Shown: positions 32,506 through 43,098, counted from the first letter of the stretch. The stretch is 64,000 nucleotides of DNA from an uncultured Pseudomonadota bacterium (GCA_963843375.1 CAWJKT010000008.1:32001-96000); one strand, 5' to 3'. Notes: generated by a model not told the origin, from the sequence alone. Program-made: numbers and translations.

Positions 32506-32641
32506 TGATCATTCCGGTGGATTTGAAGTTTAACATGAGGAAGGGCCTTTTCCCCAACAAATGTAAGTGCAAGCGATGGCTTTCAGGGGAAAACCATTGT
32601 TAAAATACGACTGGTTTTCAACTTCAATCTTCCGAGGTCCC

Positions 32642-33121
32642 ATGAACGAAGAAGCAAAAAAGAAACTATTGCGGATGATTCCCCACGCGCTTTATTTGCT
32701 GACTAGTCGCGCCAACGGTCAAACGGCCGCCGCCACGGTCAGTTGGGTTACCCAGGCTTCCTTCCAACCGCCCCTCGTGGCCGTGGGGCTCAAAAAAGAA
32801 TCCCGCACCTTTGAAGTCGTGAAATTAGCCCAAGGCTTTGCTTTGAATTTTCTGGGAAAAGACCAAAAGGATATTGCCCAAAAATTTTTCAAGCACGTGG
32901 AACCGGAAGCAAACCGCTTGGCAGGCGAGCTTTTTCAGGGAAGCCCTGTTTTAAACCACCCCGTCTTCCCTCACTTGGCGGGTTTCATTGAATGCAGGTC
33001 CATCGGATGCGTGGAAAAAGGAGATCACATTGTGGTCGTCGCCGAGGTTTTGGAGGCGGAGGCTGGGGCGGCCGAGGGGCCCCTTTTACTCTCCACGACG
33101 GGTTGGAATTATGGCGGTTAA
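32642..33121 (+). CDS. Flavin reductase-like FMN-binding protein
   Basis: SWVTQASFQPPL, GDH, GWNYGG. Confidence 0.88.
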   Translation: MNEEAKKKLLRMIPHALYLLTSRANGQTAAATVSWVTQASFQPPLVAVGLKKESRTFEVVKLAQGFALNFLGKDQKDIAQKFFKHVEPEANRLAGELFQGSPVLNHPVFPHLAGFIECRSIGCVEKGDHIVVVAEVLEAEAGAAEGPLLLSTTGWNYGG

Positions 33122-33699
33122 TTGGAACTTAATTTTTGCAGCAAGGTTTCAAGGTTGGCGGACTTTTCAACCTTAATCTCAAAGCCCGTGCGTTTTTGCG
33201 GGTCTTTTTCATGAAGCATTAAATACCCACCCCCATCATAGAGACGGTTCAAAAAGGGGTTCAGAGTTTCTTCCAATATTCCAAGACTCTCGGGGTTATA
33301 GGGCGCTTCCAGTCGGTCGTTCACAAAAACCTGAAGATGATTGGGAGTGAATTTTATTTTTCCTTTAAATTCCGGCTCCTTTTCCAATATCGAACAAGCC
33401 GCGAGCGCCCGCCGGAAAGCTGTTTTCAGATGGTCTTCAGCGCTTTTTCCAGTCGTCCTCTTCTGGTTATAAAGGAAGCCACGTTTGCCATTTTCCTCGT
33501 CCAAGCTGTAATTGGCCTCATGGGCTATCAAGAGTACCCCCGGTCCCTGGTACACGTGGGTATATTCAGCCACATCCACCAATAATCCCTCCAACTTATC
33601 TTCTTGAATCCAACGGTGGAAAACAGGAATAAAGGCTGCCAGGGGAATATCCATCCCTTTTTCGATAAAAAACTTCACATTTATTTTTTGAAGATTCAT
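33118..33699 (-). CDS. Hypothetical protein downstream of sulfite/nitrite reductase
   Basis: Likely ATG 33699 (MNLQKINVKFF) after AAGGA; DVAEYTHVYQGPGVLLIAHEANYSLD. Confidence 0.75.
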   Translation of the reverse strand: MNLQKINVKFFIEKGMDIPLAAFIPVFHRWIQEDKLEGLLVDVAEYTHVYQGPGVLLIAHEANYSLDEENGKRGFLYNQKRTTGKSAEDHLKTAFRRALAACSILEKEPEFKGKIKFTPNHLQVFVNDRLEAPYNPESLGILEETLNPFLNRLYDGGGYLMLHEKDPQKRTGFEIKVEKSANLETLLQKLSSN

Positions 33700-33739
33700 T
33701 CGTTTTCCTTGTTTATCATTTTCCGAGTAACGGCGCGGG

Positions 33740-35986
33740 TTACGGAGCGGCATTAACCGCGTAACTGTGAGCCGCCTCCAGGAACAGCTGGGCTTCTTCG
33801 ACCCTCCGGTGAGCCTCGTCGAAATTGGGGTTTTCGAGTTTATGGTCGTGCGCCTTAAACAAGTAAGCGGCAAATTGGGTGTTATTCACGTGCTTGACGA
33901 ACTCCCCGGTGTCAAAGAACCATTTCTTAAACTCAGCAATCGTTGCGTCTGGTTTTCCCACCCATTCCCGGTCACGTGTCCGGACCACTCCTTCAGTGGA
34001 AAAGATCATGGATTCATAAGCCAAGGCCACCGCTTCTTTTAATTCTTTTGCATCAAGCTTAATTTGGGCTTCAAAAACCTTGCCTTCGGCGGCAGTGAGG
34101 GAAAATTCGGAGGGGGCAACCACCTCGCCTGCGCACTCGCCTTTTCCGATATCGGCGATGGTGTATTCTCGGATATCGCCCCAGTCGGTAAATAAATCGG
34201 GTTCGGCCTCATGGGAAGGAATGACCATAAGATCAGCCAGGAGATTTTTGATCTCCACCTTGCCGACCCGTTGAACAAAACTTTGAAAGGTTTCGTCCTT
34301 TTGGCGTCCCTGGACGTATTTATCGATCAAACGCTTGACTGTCTCTGGAATGCGTTTCGAAGGAATCGCGGCCACCGCCAGCCCGTAAGAACCACCGTTG
34401 TTTTTCCATTGTCCACCCAGGACCAATTGAAAATGAGGCACGGTGTAGGAACCCGCCTTGCGGGAGACCCCGTAAAATCCCAGGTCCGAAATATGGTGCT
34501 GGCCGCAAGAATTGGGACAACCGCTCACTTTGAGCTTGAGATTTTTCACGTCCTCCGGAAATTCGGACATCATTGCGTCCAGCCGGTTGGAAAGCTCTCG
34601 GGCAAGCCCGCGAGAAGCTGAAATCCCTAACTTACAGGTATCGGTGCCGGGACAGGAGGTAATATCCGAAATGCTATTGGCGCCCCCTTGAGCCAAGCCG
34701 ATGACTTGAAGTTCCTGGAAAAAGGCGGGCAAGTCAGCTTCACTCACCCATCGGAATAGGAGATTTTGTTCGACAGAAGTTCGGACAGTGTCCTTCACGT
34801 ACTTGCGGGCAATTCCTGCCAACACCCTTAACTGGGTTGCGGTCAGGTCCCCCAGGGGTACCCTTACGTGAACCGAAACATAACCATACTGGGGCTGTTG
34901 GTAAGCGTTTGTTTTCTTCCAGTCCAAAAAACCCTTCGGAAATGAGGAGGCCCGAAGATTGGCTGCCTTGTGAGCGGGCTTTTCCTCTTCCTTAAGATAA
35001 TAATCGATGAGGCTGGTCCAACGGGGATCGTGGTTTAAAACGGCTCTTTCTTCGACGATTAATTTTTTGAACTCTTCGATACCAAGTTTTGCCACCAGGA
35101 ACTTAATGCGAGCCATTCCCCGGATTTTCTTTTCACCCAATCGGCCATAAACCCGGGCCACCGCTTGGGTCATCGGGAGCATTTCCTCAACCGGGAGATT
35201 TTCGAAAAGCAATTTGGCGTTATAGGGGACGGGCCCCAGTCCGCCTCCAACGTAAACATCAAAGGCCTTTTTTTCCTTGCCGTCCACTATGGTTTTCTTG
35301 GCGATAAATCCCATATCGTGCATGTTGACTAAACCACAAGCTTCCCCAGCACAGCCGGAAAAAGCGATCTTGAACTTACGGCCAAAATCCTGGGCGTCCG
35401 GATGGCCCAGCATGAATTTGAAGATAGCCTTGGAATAAGGGGTCACGTCGAAGGATTCGGTGCGGCAGACCCCGGCAATCGGACAGGCCGTCACATTTCG
35501 GACCGAATTGCCGCAGGCCTCTCGGGTGGTAATCCCCACGGAGGCCAGACGGCGCATAATGTTGGGGGTATCTTCCACGTGGATGAAGTGGAGCTGAAAA
35601 TCCTGCCGGGTTGTGATATGGCCGATGCCGTCCGAATATTCCTCGGTTAGGTCCGCCATGACATCTAATTGGTCCGCGGTCACTCCGCCCCAAGGAAACT
35701 TGATGCGCTGCATGCCGGGAGCGTCCCAATAGGTATCCGGGCCCTTCCAGGTGCCTTGTGAGGGATATTTCAATTTGCGGATTTGTTTGCCATCGTTTCG
35801 CTGGCCGTTGTCATAACGCTGACCATAAGCGCCGCGGCGCAGTCGGGTTTCGGCGAAAATGCGCGGTTCAACCTTGCCTTGTTTGTTCAACTCGATTTGG
35901 GCCTCGAATTCTTCTATTTCCTTGGCCCAATCTGGAGGCATGGCGTCTTGAAGTTTATTTTTCCAGCTTTTGGACTTGTTACTCAT
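33740..35986 (-). CDS. Siroheme/[4Fe-4S] nitrite/sulfite reductase with C-terminal extension
   Basis: HITTRQDFQLH, CGNSVRN, CPGTDTC, SGCPNSCGQH. Confidence 0.92.
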   Translation of the reverse strand: MSNKSKSWKNKLQDAMPPDWAKEIEEFEAQIELNKQGKVEPRIFAETRLRRGAYGQRYDNGQRNDGKQIRKLKYPSQGTWKGPDTYWDAPGMQRIKFPWGGVTADQLDVMADLTEEYSDGIGHITTRQDFQLHFIHVEDTPNIMRRLASVGITTREACGNSVRNVTACPIAGVCRTESFDVTPYSKAIFKFMLGHPDAQDFGRKFKIAFSGCAGEACGLVNMHDMGFIAKKTIVDGKEKKAFDVYVGGGLGPVPYNAKLLFENLPVEEMLPMTQAVARVYGRLGEKKIRGMARIKFLVAKLGIEEFKKLIVEERAVLNHDPRWTSLIDYYLKEEEKPAHKAANLRASSFPKGFLDWKKTNAYQQPQYGYVSVHVRVPLGDLTATQLRVLAGIARKYVKDTVRTSVEQNLLFRWVSEADLPAFFQELQVIGLAQGGANSISDITSCPGTDTCKLGISASRGLARELSNRLDAMMSEFPEDVKNLKLKVSGCPNSCGQHHISDLGFYGVSRKAGSYTVPHFQLVLGGQWKNNGGSYGLAVAAIPSKRIPETVKRLIDKYVQGRQKDETFQSFVQRVGKVEIKNLLADLMVIPSHEAEPDLFTDWGDIREYTIADIGKGECAGEVVAPSEFSLTAAEGKVFEAQIKLDAKELKEAVALAYESMIFSTEGVVRTRDREWVGKPDATIAEFKKWFFDTGEFVKHVNNTQFAAYLFKAHDHKLENPNFDEAHRRVEEAQLFLEAAHSYAVNAAP

Positions 35987-36070
35987 GGTTTTCTTTCTTT
36001 ATTCAGTTTAAGGAAAAAGGGTTAAGTGAGCGTCATTTGTACACTATCGGCCCCTTCAAAATCAATCAAC

Positions 36071-36631
36071 TTATTCCCTCGCCTTCCATTCGCTGAATCG
36101 GCGACCCATTTGAAGAATATGGTGTTCCAAATGCCAAATATTTAAGCCCACCAAGTATTCCAATGAAAGCAGGCCCCACTCCGGATGCCTCACCTTTCCC
36201 CGCCATGCCTTGGGAGGAATCCTCTTTAAAAGATCGGAATTGGACTTGCGCAAAAGCAATATCAAATCCCTCGCCTGTTCGGGATTAGCCTTGGAATAAA
36301 AAAGCTTGTCCGCCCACTTATTCTGGTCATAGGGGGAAACGACCCCCCCCGGTTCGGCAACAGCCCGGCGCAAGCGAACATAAAGGTTGGCTTCCTGGTC
36401 CGCCAGATGCCAAAGGACTTGGGTTATGGTCCAATTCCCTTTTTGGGCAGTGAAATGCCACATGGCTTGGGGGTACTTTCGAAGGATCTCGCGTACTTTT
36501 TCCGAACCTCGCGCGAATGCGGTCCTTTTTCGGGAACGGCTCCAACCTTGAACCGTTTTTTTCAAAGCCGCGACTTCTTGTTCCCGCAAGCCCGAAGCCT
36601 TAATAAATCCAGAATGAATGGGAATAGGCAT
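36071..36631 (-). CDS. DinB family protein
   Basis: WTITQVLWHLAD, HPEWG, HLEHH. Confidence 0.82.
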   Translation of the reverse strand: MPIPIHSGFIKASGLREQEVAALKKTVQGWSRSRKRTAFARGSEKVREILRKYPQAMWHFTAQKGNWTITQVLWHLADQEANLYVRLRRAVAEPGGVVSPYDQNKWADKLFYSKANPEQARDLILLLRKSNSDLLKRIPPKAWRGKVRHPEWGLLSLEYLVGLNIWHLEHHILQMGRRFSEWKARE

Positions 36632-36716
36632 TTGATTTCTCCCGGGGACTAAGTTTGAATGATTATCATGGAAAAGGTCGTATTCGAATTCAAGACGTGA
36701 GGAGTAATTTGGTTTT

Positions 36717-37458
36717 TTATCCCGCCACGACCACCACTCGATTTTCCTTTTCAGGATTCTCCAAGGGTGATTGAAGATCATCCATTCGGTGAAAGTAAAC
36801 CTCGTGGAAACCTTCCCGGGCCAGCCATAAAGACAAATCCGTCAGGGGATAGGACCGGTTCACGATCTTTTCCGCGAAAGGTCGTCCTTCCACCTCGCCC
36901 TTCAGTTGCATGACTGCCAATCCCCTCACGCAATCGAATTCGCCCTGGGCCTCGACCTCTTCCCCTTCCCACTGGGCTGATTCCGGGTAAACCCACTCCC
37001 TTAAGCCCGTAAGGGTGTGAAAGTCGAAAACAAATCGGGCTCCCTTGGTCAGGCAACCACGCACGGAACGAAAGCAACTCCTTAATTTCTCCTCGGAATC
37101 CAGATGGTTCAGAGCGTTATAGGTGGAAAAGACCATGCTAAAGTCTCCGCCGATTTGAAAATGGGCGATGTCTTCCAATAAAAATCGTCCTTTGTGCCCG
37201 GCGACATAACGCCAGCAGCGGTTTTCGGCCAACATCAACATATAGGGGGAAAGGTCCAATCCCACATAGGTATAACCCGCCTCAAGAAAATGAAAAGCCA
37301 AACGGCCGGTCCCACACCCTAAATCCAGGATAGGTAGACGGCTGAAAGCGGTCGGTTGGGAGGAGAAAATAACTCAATAGAAGGGGCGCCGCTTTTTCGG
37401 TATAAATTCCGAAATGACGGTCGTAAAACTTGGCGAACGATTCACCATAAAGGTTCAT
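36717..37458 (-). CDS. Class I SAM methyltransferase (+1 frameshift near 37368)
   Basis: MNLYGESFAKFYD start at 37458; ILDLGCGTG and GLDLSPYML in the shifted frame. Confidence 0.78.
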
Positions 37459-37487
37459 GGTGGCCTGCCTTGGGGCTTACTGCGGGT

Positions 37488-37851
37488 TTAAAAATCCACT
37501 TCATTCTTAATGAGAAAGAAAAGACGGGAGAATCGGAATGAATCGTGTTTTAAGTGTCGACAAAATGATTCAGCGTTTACCGGAACGCATATCATAATAA
37601 ACGCCCTTACCCTTGGCCTTGGCTGCAAATCGAGGACCCCTTTTTCTTGGCAGAATTCCCGCTCGCTGAAAGGAAGGTTTTGTTCTTCCCTCACCGCGCT
37701 GCCGCGGGTTCCGCAATCCACGCAAAGATAATCGATCTCAACCTGGGTGGGAGCTTTAGGCCTTGGAAATGAGGACTCTCCCGTTTACCATTTTCACGTT
37801 GCCCTCGCAGGAATGGCAATGGATGCTCTGGGCGTATTTAACGGCTTTCAT
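37488..37851 (-). CDS. Small CxxC...CxxC zinc-ribbon-like protein (apparent frameshift near 37760; end uncertain)
   Basis: AAGGAG RBS, MKAVKYAQSIHCHSC...; removing one G gives ...DYLCVDCGTRG. Confidence 0.45.
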
Positions 37852-38064
37852 CGGCTGCTCCTTCGTTTCAAAAAAACTAAAAGTGGGAAAATTTTCCCGA
37901 AAAATTAAGATGTGGTGAATGATTTGTGGTTTAAGTGAAGAGGGAAAAGTATAGGCTCCTTCACCCTTAAACTCAAGGATGTTAGAAAATGGGTAAGTTG
38001 GAATGAATTTTGTCTTAGGAACCTTATCGTTCAACCCAGAAAAGCCCTTATTCGAAGGGCAAAT

Positions 38065-38098
38065 AAAAAAAGCCCCTGGACTTGTGATCCAGGGGCTT
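38065..38098 (-). terminator. Intrinsic terminator
   Basis: AAGCCCCTGGA/TCCAGGGGCTT stem plus U-tract on the minus strand. Confidence 0.75.
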
Positions 38099-38108
38099 AT
38101 GACCCGCA

Positions 38109-38348
38109 TCAGGTGGGAGAGACATCCCACCCACCCGCGAGTCGAAGAGTTACTTGGCTGGCTGGGGCGGTTGGCGCGGCGGCGCGGAGCGGCATCGTCT
38201 TTTTGCCCTTCTTACCCTTTTTAGACTTTTTGCTCTTGTGGCTGGTCTTCGTCGGCGAGCTTGTCGTAGTGGTTCCCTGAGCGAGAACCAAACCAGTTGT
38301 GCTACCCAAGAACAACACCGTCATCAAGGCTGCGATTAACTTTTTCAT
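38109..38348 (-). CDS. Small secreted Lys/Thr/Ala-rich protein (C-terminus possibly error-affected)
   Basis: GGAGG RBS; signal peptide MKKLIAALMTVLFLGSTTGLVLA; KSKKSKKGKKGKK. Confidence 0.65.
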   Translation of the reverse strand: MKKLIAALMTVLFLGSTTGLVLAQGTTTTSSPTKTSHKSKKSKKGKKGKKTMPLRAAAPTAPASQVTLRLAGGWDVSPT

Positions 38349-38476
38349 CTGAATCCTCCAGACCCTTTCGGGTTCTTTCATTTTTGGGATCAACTGCTTC
38401 CCTGAGTATAAGACGGGGCGGGTGGGCAAAAAGTTGCAAAGCGGGAATAGGCCTATTATCGGCAATAAAAGGGCTT

Positions 38477-39580
38477 TTACCTTTTGGCTGCAGCCACCGC
38501 AGGAGCGGATAGAATCATTTTCCGGATTTCCTTCCCGATTCCGATCATCGTCAATTGGTTGAGGGGGAATTCCAAAAAGACGTGGGTAAAACTCAGAAAA
38601 AATAACCATTGAAGCCCGACCGAATAGTTATAACCATAAAGTCCCAGTGACACTGCCCAAAGCGCCAAAATCCCTAAGGCGCGTCCGCGGGGGATCGCAT
38701 GCCATCCGATGATGGAAGTCTTGGAGAACCAATTGAGGTAGTGGTAGGTATAGGAAAAAGAGATGAACGACATGAGCGCAAGGGCCATTGGATTTTGGTA
38801 TAGGAACCCGTTGACGTTTTTGACAAACTCCGAAAGCGGAAGCTGGCCCTGACCGAAATCCTGCGGCCTCAAAAGTTTCGCGATATAAAAATTGACCGAG
38901 ATAAAAGGGCTGGAGCCGATTCCATTGTCTTTCAAGTATCCGTAGTTATCCCGGACATAATCACTCACGTGGTAACCCAAATGGGCCGGATGGAAGAAGA
39001 AAAACCCGAAGGCTAAACCGGCAAAAACAACAAGGGAGGCCAAACCGGATGCGCTTTTGCCCCGCAAAGCCCCGATGAGAATGAACATCCCCGTAAAGAG
39101 GAAGACATGGATCAAAGTGGGCAAAAACAATCCAACGATCACTTGAAAAGCCGGTGATTGGTTGAAAAAAAACAAGGCCAAAACCACCGGCAAAAACGCC
39201 AAGAGCCGGGTTCCGTTATTTTTTAAAAGGACAAATAGGAGCGCCCCCAGAAAAGCCAAACCGGTGAAAAACTCGATAGTCCCCTTCGGGGCGAAAGGAA
39301 TCCAGCCGAAATAAAGCGCGGTGATGATGACCGCGGTTCCCAACAAAAAAAGGTAATCATACCGGCCACGAGTAAAATAACTTTTGTCGTGAAGCCAGGA
39401 GATTTCAGTGAGGTAATGAAGAGGTCCCAGAACCGCATAAGCCAAAAGGAACAGTTCGAATGGAAAAAGAAAGGCCAGAAAGGCAGAAAGAATCATGAGG
39501 CCGATATTGATATAGTTAACTTGGTTCGCGTTGAGTGAAATAGCCATAGGATAACAGTCGCTTTCTCTAGAACCCTTCAT
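38477..39580 (-). CDS. Multi-pass membrane protein with His-containing motifs
   Basis: Many TMs; GPLHYLTE, IHVF, YHYLNWF, THVFLE. Confidence 0.75.
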   Translation of the reverse strand: MKGSRESDCYPMAISLNANQVNYINIGLMILSAFLAFLFPFELFLLAYAVLGPLHYLTEISWLHDKSYFTRGRYDYLFLLGTAVIITALYFGWIPFAPKGTIEFFTGLAFLGALLFVLLKNNGTRLLAFLPVVLALFFFNQSPAFQVIVGLFLPTLIHVFLFTGMFILIGALRGKSASGLASLVVFAGLAFGFFFFHPAHLGYHVSDYVRDNYGYLKDNGIGSSPFISVNFYIAKLLRPQDFGQGQLPLSEFVKNVNGFLYQNPMALALMSFISFSYTYHYLNWFSKTSIIGWHAIPRGRALGILALWAVSLGLYGYNYSVGLQWLFFLSFTHVFLEFPLNQLTMIGIGKEIRKMILSAPAVAAAKR

Positions 39581-39715
39581 GGAATGGCCTGAAACCCTTT
39601 CAGGGCGCTCAAAGGTTCCTCCGGATTATTTTAAGACAGCTTTCTCACTTCCATATAAAAAAGAGAAAAGGTATTCTTGGGTGCCTTAAGTTTACCCCAA
39701 CCTAAAGGAATCGGA

Positions 39716-41707
39716 ATGTCACGCGTGGGAATCGAACAACAAAGGGGATTGGTTTATCCCAATCACCAGGTGGAGCCCTGGATCAGCGGAACCTTCCACT
39801 ATTGGCGTGTCAATCCAGCGCTTTGGGCGGACATCCTGGATAACATCAAGGCCATGGGTTTCGGCATGGTAGAAACCTATATCCCCTGGGGCTTGCATGA
39901 AATCGAGCGGGGAAAATTCGAATTTGGTGAAAAAGAGCCCTCTAAAAATCTTGAAAAATTTATCCAACAAGTCCACCAGGCAGGCCTCAAATTGGTCGTG
40001 CGGCCAGGGCCCCACATCAACGCCGAACTGACCTGTTTCGGCTATCCACCCCGAATCGTTTACGACCCCGCCATCGTGGCCAAGGAAGCCTCCGGTGCCT
40101 TTTCGGTTCATGACGCCTATCCCAAAGCTTTCGGCAATCCCAGCTACGCCTCCAAAAAATTATATGAGGAAACCGCCCTTTGGTTTGACGCCCTGGCGCC
40201 CATCCTCGAGCGCAACCTTTATCCGAACGGGCCCATCGTGGCCCTCCAAGTGGATAACGAGACCGGCTATTACTTCCGCACCGGCGCTTACTTGATGGAT
40301 TACGGCGATGATTCCATCCGCTGGTACCGGACCTTTCTGGAAAAACGCTATGGAACCATTAAAGTCCTTAATGAGGTCTATGGAAGCCACCACGAATCCT
40401 TCGCAACCATTGAAGCTCCCCGGTGCTTTGAGGGCGAAAAGCTCAAAGACCTTCCTTATTACCTGGACTGGAGCCGCTACAAGGAGTGGCAGATCAACGA
40501 ATGTTTGCGAATCATCGGCAACATGTGGCGGGAAAGGGGCGTGGATGGAATCCCGTTTTTTCATAATTTCTTCGGGCCGACGAACAGCCCCTACAATACC
40601 AACGATGCCGAGAACGGGGATTATGGCCTGGACGTTGTCGGCGTGGACGATTACCCCCGCAAGGAACAGTACCTGACCACCTCCCGAAAGGCCAGTTATC
40701 TGGCCGGCACCTCCAAACTTCCATTCATCCCCGAGTTCGGGTCGGGCTGTTGGTGCCTGCCTCTTTGGGAGAACACTTTCACGGTTGAGGACGAACGTTT
40801 CACAACCCCACTCCTTTTCATGTTCGGACTAAAGGCCATCAATTATTACATGATCGTGGAAAGGGATCGTTGGATGGGAAGTCCCATCACGGTGGACAAC
40901 AAAATCCGGGCTCCTTATTTTGACCTCTACCGGCAGTGGAACACTTTTTTAAGAAATTATCAGTTCCACCAATGGGATCTGCAAAGCGACCTCCTTATCC
41001 TGGCCAACTACGACACGGAGCGGACCTTAAAGGCCTTGAAACTGGTCGAAAACCATTTCCTCCACTTTCTGCCTGAAGAAGCGGGATATCAGGAAAACCA
41101 GTCCATCTTTCCCTATCGCCTGGAGGAGGAACATCCCCGCTGGGCGGAAAACCAATGGTCCTACGCTTTGAAACATCACCTGCCCCTTCATTGTTCCGAT
41201 ACCCTTCTGCCTTACGAAAAAATGAAAGGTCATAAAGCCGTTTGGGTGGTGACTTTTGAAATCTTGGATAAAAAAGCCCAAGAAAACCTCCGCCGATTCG
41301 CCGAGGAGGGCGGAACCGTGATCCTGGGGCCCCTTGTCCCCTCACTGGATGAAAACCTCCACCCCTTTTCAGCTTTTAGTGAACTAAAAAGCGGCACCGA
41401 AGCCAATATCGGCAAAGGCAAGTTCGTGCTTCTCCAGAAATGGGACGAAAAGGAAGTTGAAAAAGCTATGATTGGATCGAACATTCAACCCATCATGGAA
41501 GGCCTCCCATCCGAAATCCTGGTCACCCACTTTAATAAAAACGGGAAAGTAATTTATTTCCTGGCCAATCCCGGGGATAAAGAAGTGCCTTTCACCCCCC
41601 ATTGCAAACTAATCCCACTCTATGGCGTGACCGATGGGAAGGTTTTTACCCAGAGGGGCATTACCCTTCAACCCTGGTCCGTAACGGTCTGGGAGGCAGT
41701 CTCATGA
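39716..41707 (+). CDS. Beta-galactosidase (GH35/GH42-like)
   Basis: SGTFHYWR, VETYIPWGLHE, RPGPHINAE, LQVDNE, PEFGSG. Confidence 0.85.
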   Translation: MSRVGIEQQRGLVYPNHQVEPWISGTFHYWRVNPALWADILDNIKAMGFGMVETYIPWGLHEIERGKFEFGEKEPSKNLEKFIQQVHQAGLKLVVRPGPHINAELTCFGYPPRIVYDPAIVAKEASGAFSVHDAYPKAFGNPSYASKKLYEETALWFDALAPILERNLYPNGPIVALQVDNETGYYFRTGAYLMDYGDDSIRWYRTFLEKRYGTIKVLNEVYGSHHESFATIEAPRCFEGEKLKDLPYYLDWSRYKEWQINECLRIIGNMWRERGVDGIPFFHNFFGPTNSPYNTNDAENGDYGLDVVGVDDYPRKEQYLTTSRKASYLAGTSKLPFIPEFGSGCWCLPLWENTFTVEDERFTTPLLFMFGLKAINYYMIVERDRWMGSPITVDNKIRAPYFDLYRQWNTFLRNYQFHQWDLQSDLLILANYDTERTLKALKLVENHFLHFLPEEAGYQENQSIFPYRLEEEHPRWAENQWSYALKHHLPLHCSDTLLPYEKMKGHKAVWVVTFEILDKKAQENLRRFAEEGGTVILGPLVPSLDENLHPFSAFSELKSGTEANIGKGKFVLLQKWDEKEVEKAMIGSNIQPIMEGLPSEILVTHFNKNGKVIYFLANPGDKEVPFTPHCKLIPLYGVTDGKVFTQRGITLQPWSVTVWEAVS

Positions 41708-42444
41708 TCCATCCCGACGTTCTCTTCGAGCATATCGACATCACCCATGCGAGGCACTTCGTGGATATTTCCAAAATCGCCCAGCCCAATCCCCGTGTTC
41801 TTTACGTTCTGCATGAAAAGGGGAAGGTTTTAAAAGCCTGGGATAGCCAAAAGGGCCGGACCACGATAGGCGAAACCATCAAGCCTTCCCTCACACTGGC
41901 GGAAGAGTTGAGGAAAAGCCACGGCGTTGACGAGGTTCAATTGATTGATCAACAGGGTTTCCGGGACTATTACAAGCAGGCCTTGGATTTGACGAAAGCC
42001 CAGGAACTCACTGGCTACGACTTCAAGGAACGCACCCGGCAGTTGAAGAACACCCAGGGCGAGGGCCTGATCATTCATCCCCCTCGGGAAAGTTACGATT
42101 ATTACCACTACATTGAACGGTCCCGGCAATTCGTGGCCCAAAAGCTCAAACCCGACTGTATCTTCCTATTAGGAGTTTACAATTCGAAGGATTGGTGGAC
42201 TTCCCTGGTGGCGGTGTTTACCGCCGGGCAAATCACCTATTTTTCGACCTTCGAGTATTTCCCAATGGAAAAGCTCGGCATGTCGGACTCGCCCAAGACC
42301 CACGAGGCCCTGATCCAAACCGCCGCCCAAACCTTTAAAAAACCATCTTTTGGGATGTTCCTGCCCAAGTCTGATTTTGAGAAGTACGCCCAAAACCAAT
42401 GGCGTGGGTTGGGACAAACACCTCTTTTAAAATTCCCGAAATAA
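41704..42444 (+). CDS. Hypothetical protein translationally coupled to beta-galactosidase
   Basis: ATGA overlap at 41704-41707; long ORF with coding-like codon use. Confidence 0.75.
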   Translation: MIHPDVLFEHIDITHARHFVDISKIAQPNPRVLYVLHEKGKVLKAWDSQKGRTTIGETIKPSLTLAEELRKSHGVDEVQLIDQQGFRDYYKQALDLTKAQELTGYDFKERTRQLKNTQGEGLIIHPPRESYDYYHYIERSRQFVAQKLKPDCIFLLGVYNSKDWWTSLVAVFTAGQITYFSTFEYFPMEKLGMSDSPKTHEALIQTAAQTFKKPSFGMFLPKSDFEKYAQNQWRGLGQTPLLKFPK

Positions 42445-42445
42445 A

Positions 42446-42775
42446 TTATTTCTTCGTTTTAGAGGTTAAAAAATCTCGGTTCGCCCGGACCGTCTTTGCC
42501 TTGCCGGCCTTAAAATCCTCTAAATCCTTCAGCATTTCCTTTTCTTCCCGGGGGGAAGCGGGCCGGAACCGCAGGGAAGCGGTGTGTTTCATGACCACTT
42601 CATGGATTTCACGGGCGATCTTATTGGCTTGGGTATTTTGGCCCAACTCGTCGTAAAGCGTTTTTTCGACCGCATGGTCGATAAAGGCGTTGACGCTACG
42701 GTATTTCAGCTTATGAACAGCAAATTTCTCAAGCAATTTCCGGTCCATTTTGGTGCGGTAGGAAATAACGCTCAT
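42446..42775 (-). CDS. Putative antitoxin (RHH-like N-terminus)
   Basis: YRSVNAFIDHAVEK; C-terminal EMLKDLEDFKAGK; AAGGGGG RBS. Confidence 0.55.
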   Translation of the reverse strand: MSVISYRTKMDRKLLEKFAVHKLKYRSVNAFIDHAVEKTLYDELGQNTQANKIAREIHEVVMKHTASLRFRPASPREEKEMLKDLEDFKAGKAKTVRANRDFLTSKTKK

Positions 42776-42831
42776 CGAGACCCCCTTGGTTCCAAACCAA
42801 TTGTAGTCTCTTTGTATTACATTTTCAACAT

Positions 42832-43098
42832 TTAGCGCAAACGGTATTCGGTCACATAAAGATGGACTAATTCGGGCTTTTCTTCCACGACCACCACTTT
42901 GATAATAAAAGGAATATGTCGGTCGGAAACAAAGGTGTCTTTCCCGAATTCCCTGCGAAGTCTTCCCCATTCTTCCGGGGGAAAATCAAAAAGCTCCCGG
43001 TAAAACTTTTGGGCAAGTCCTCCGACCCTTTTATCCCTGGAAAGCGCCTCGAAATTGTCAAAAGCGCTTTGTTTAAAATCGACGATTATTTTTTTCAT
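42832..43098 (-). CDS. Putative RelE/ParE-like toxin (88 aa)
   Basis: N-terminal strand-helix IIVDFKQSAFDNFEAL; C-terminal beta-rich segment; size and pairing. Confidence 0.45.
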   Translation of the reverse strand: MKKIIVDFKQSAFDNFEALSRDKRVGGLAQKFYRELFDFPPEEWGRLRREFGKDTFVSDRHIPFIIKVVVVEEKPELVHLYVTEYRLR

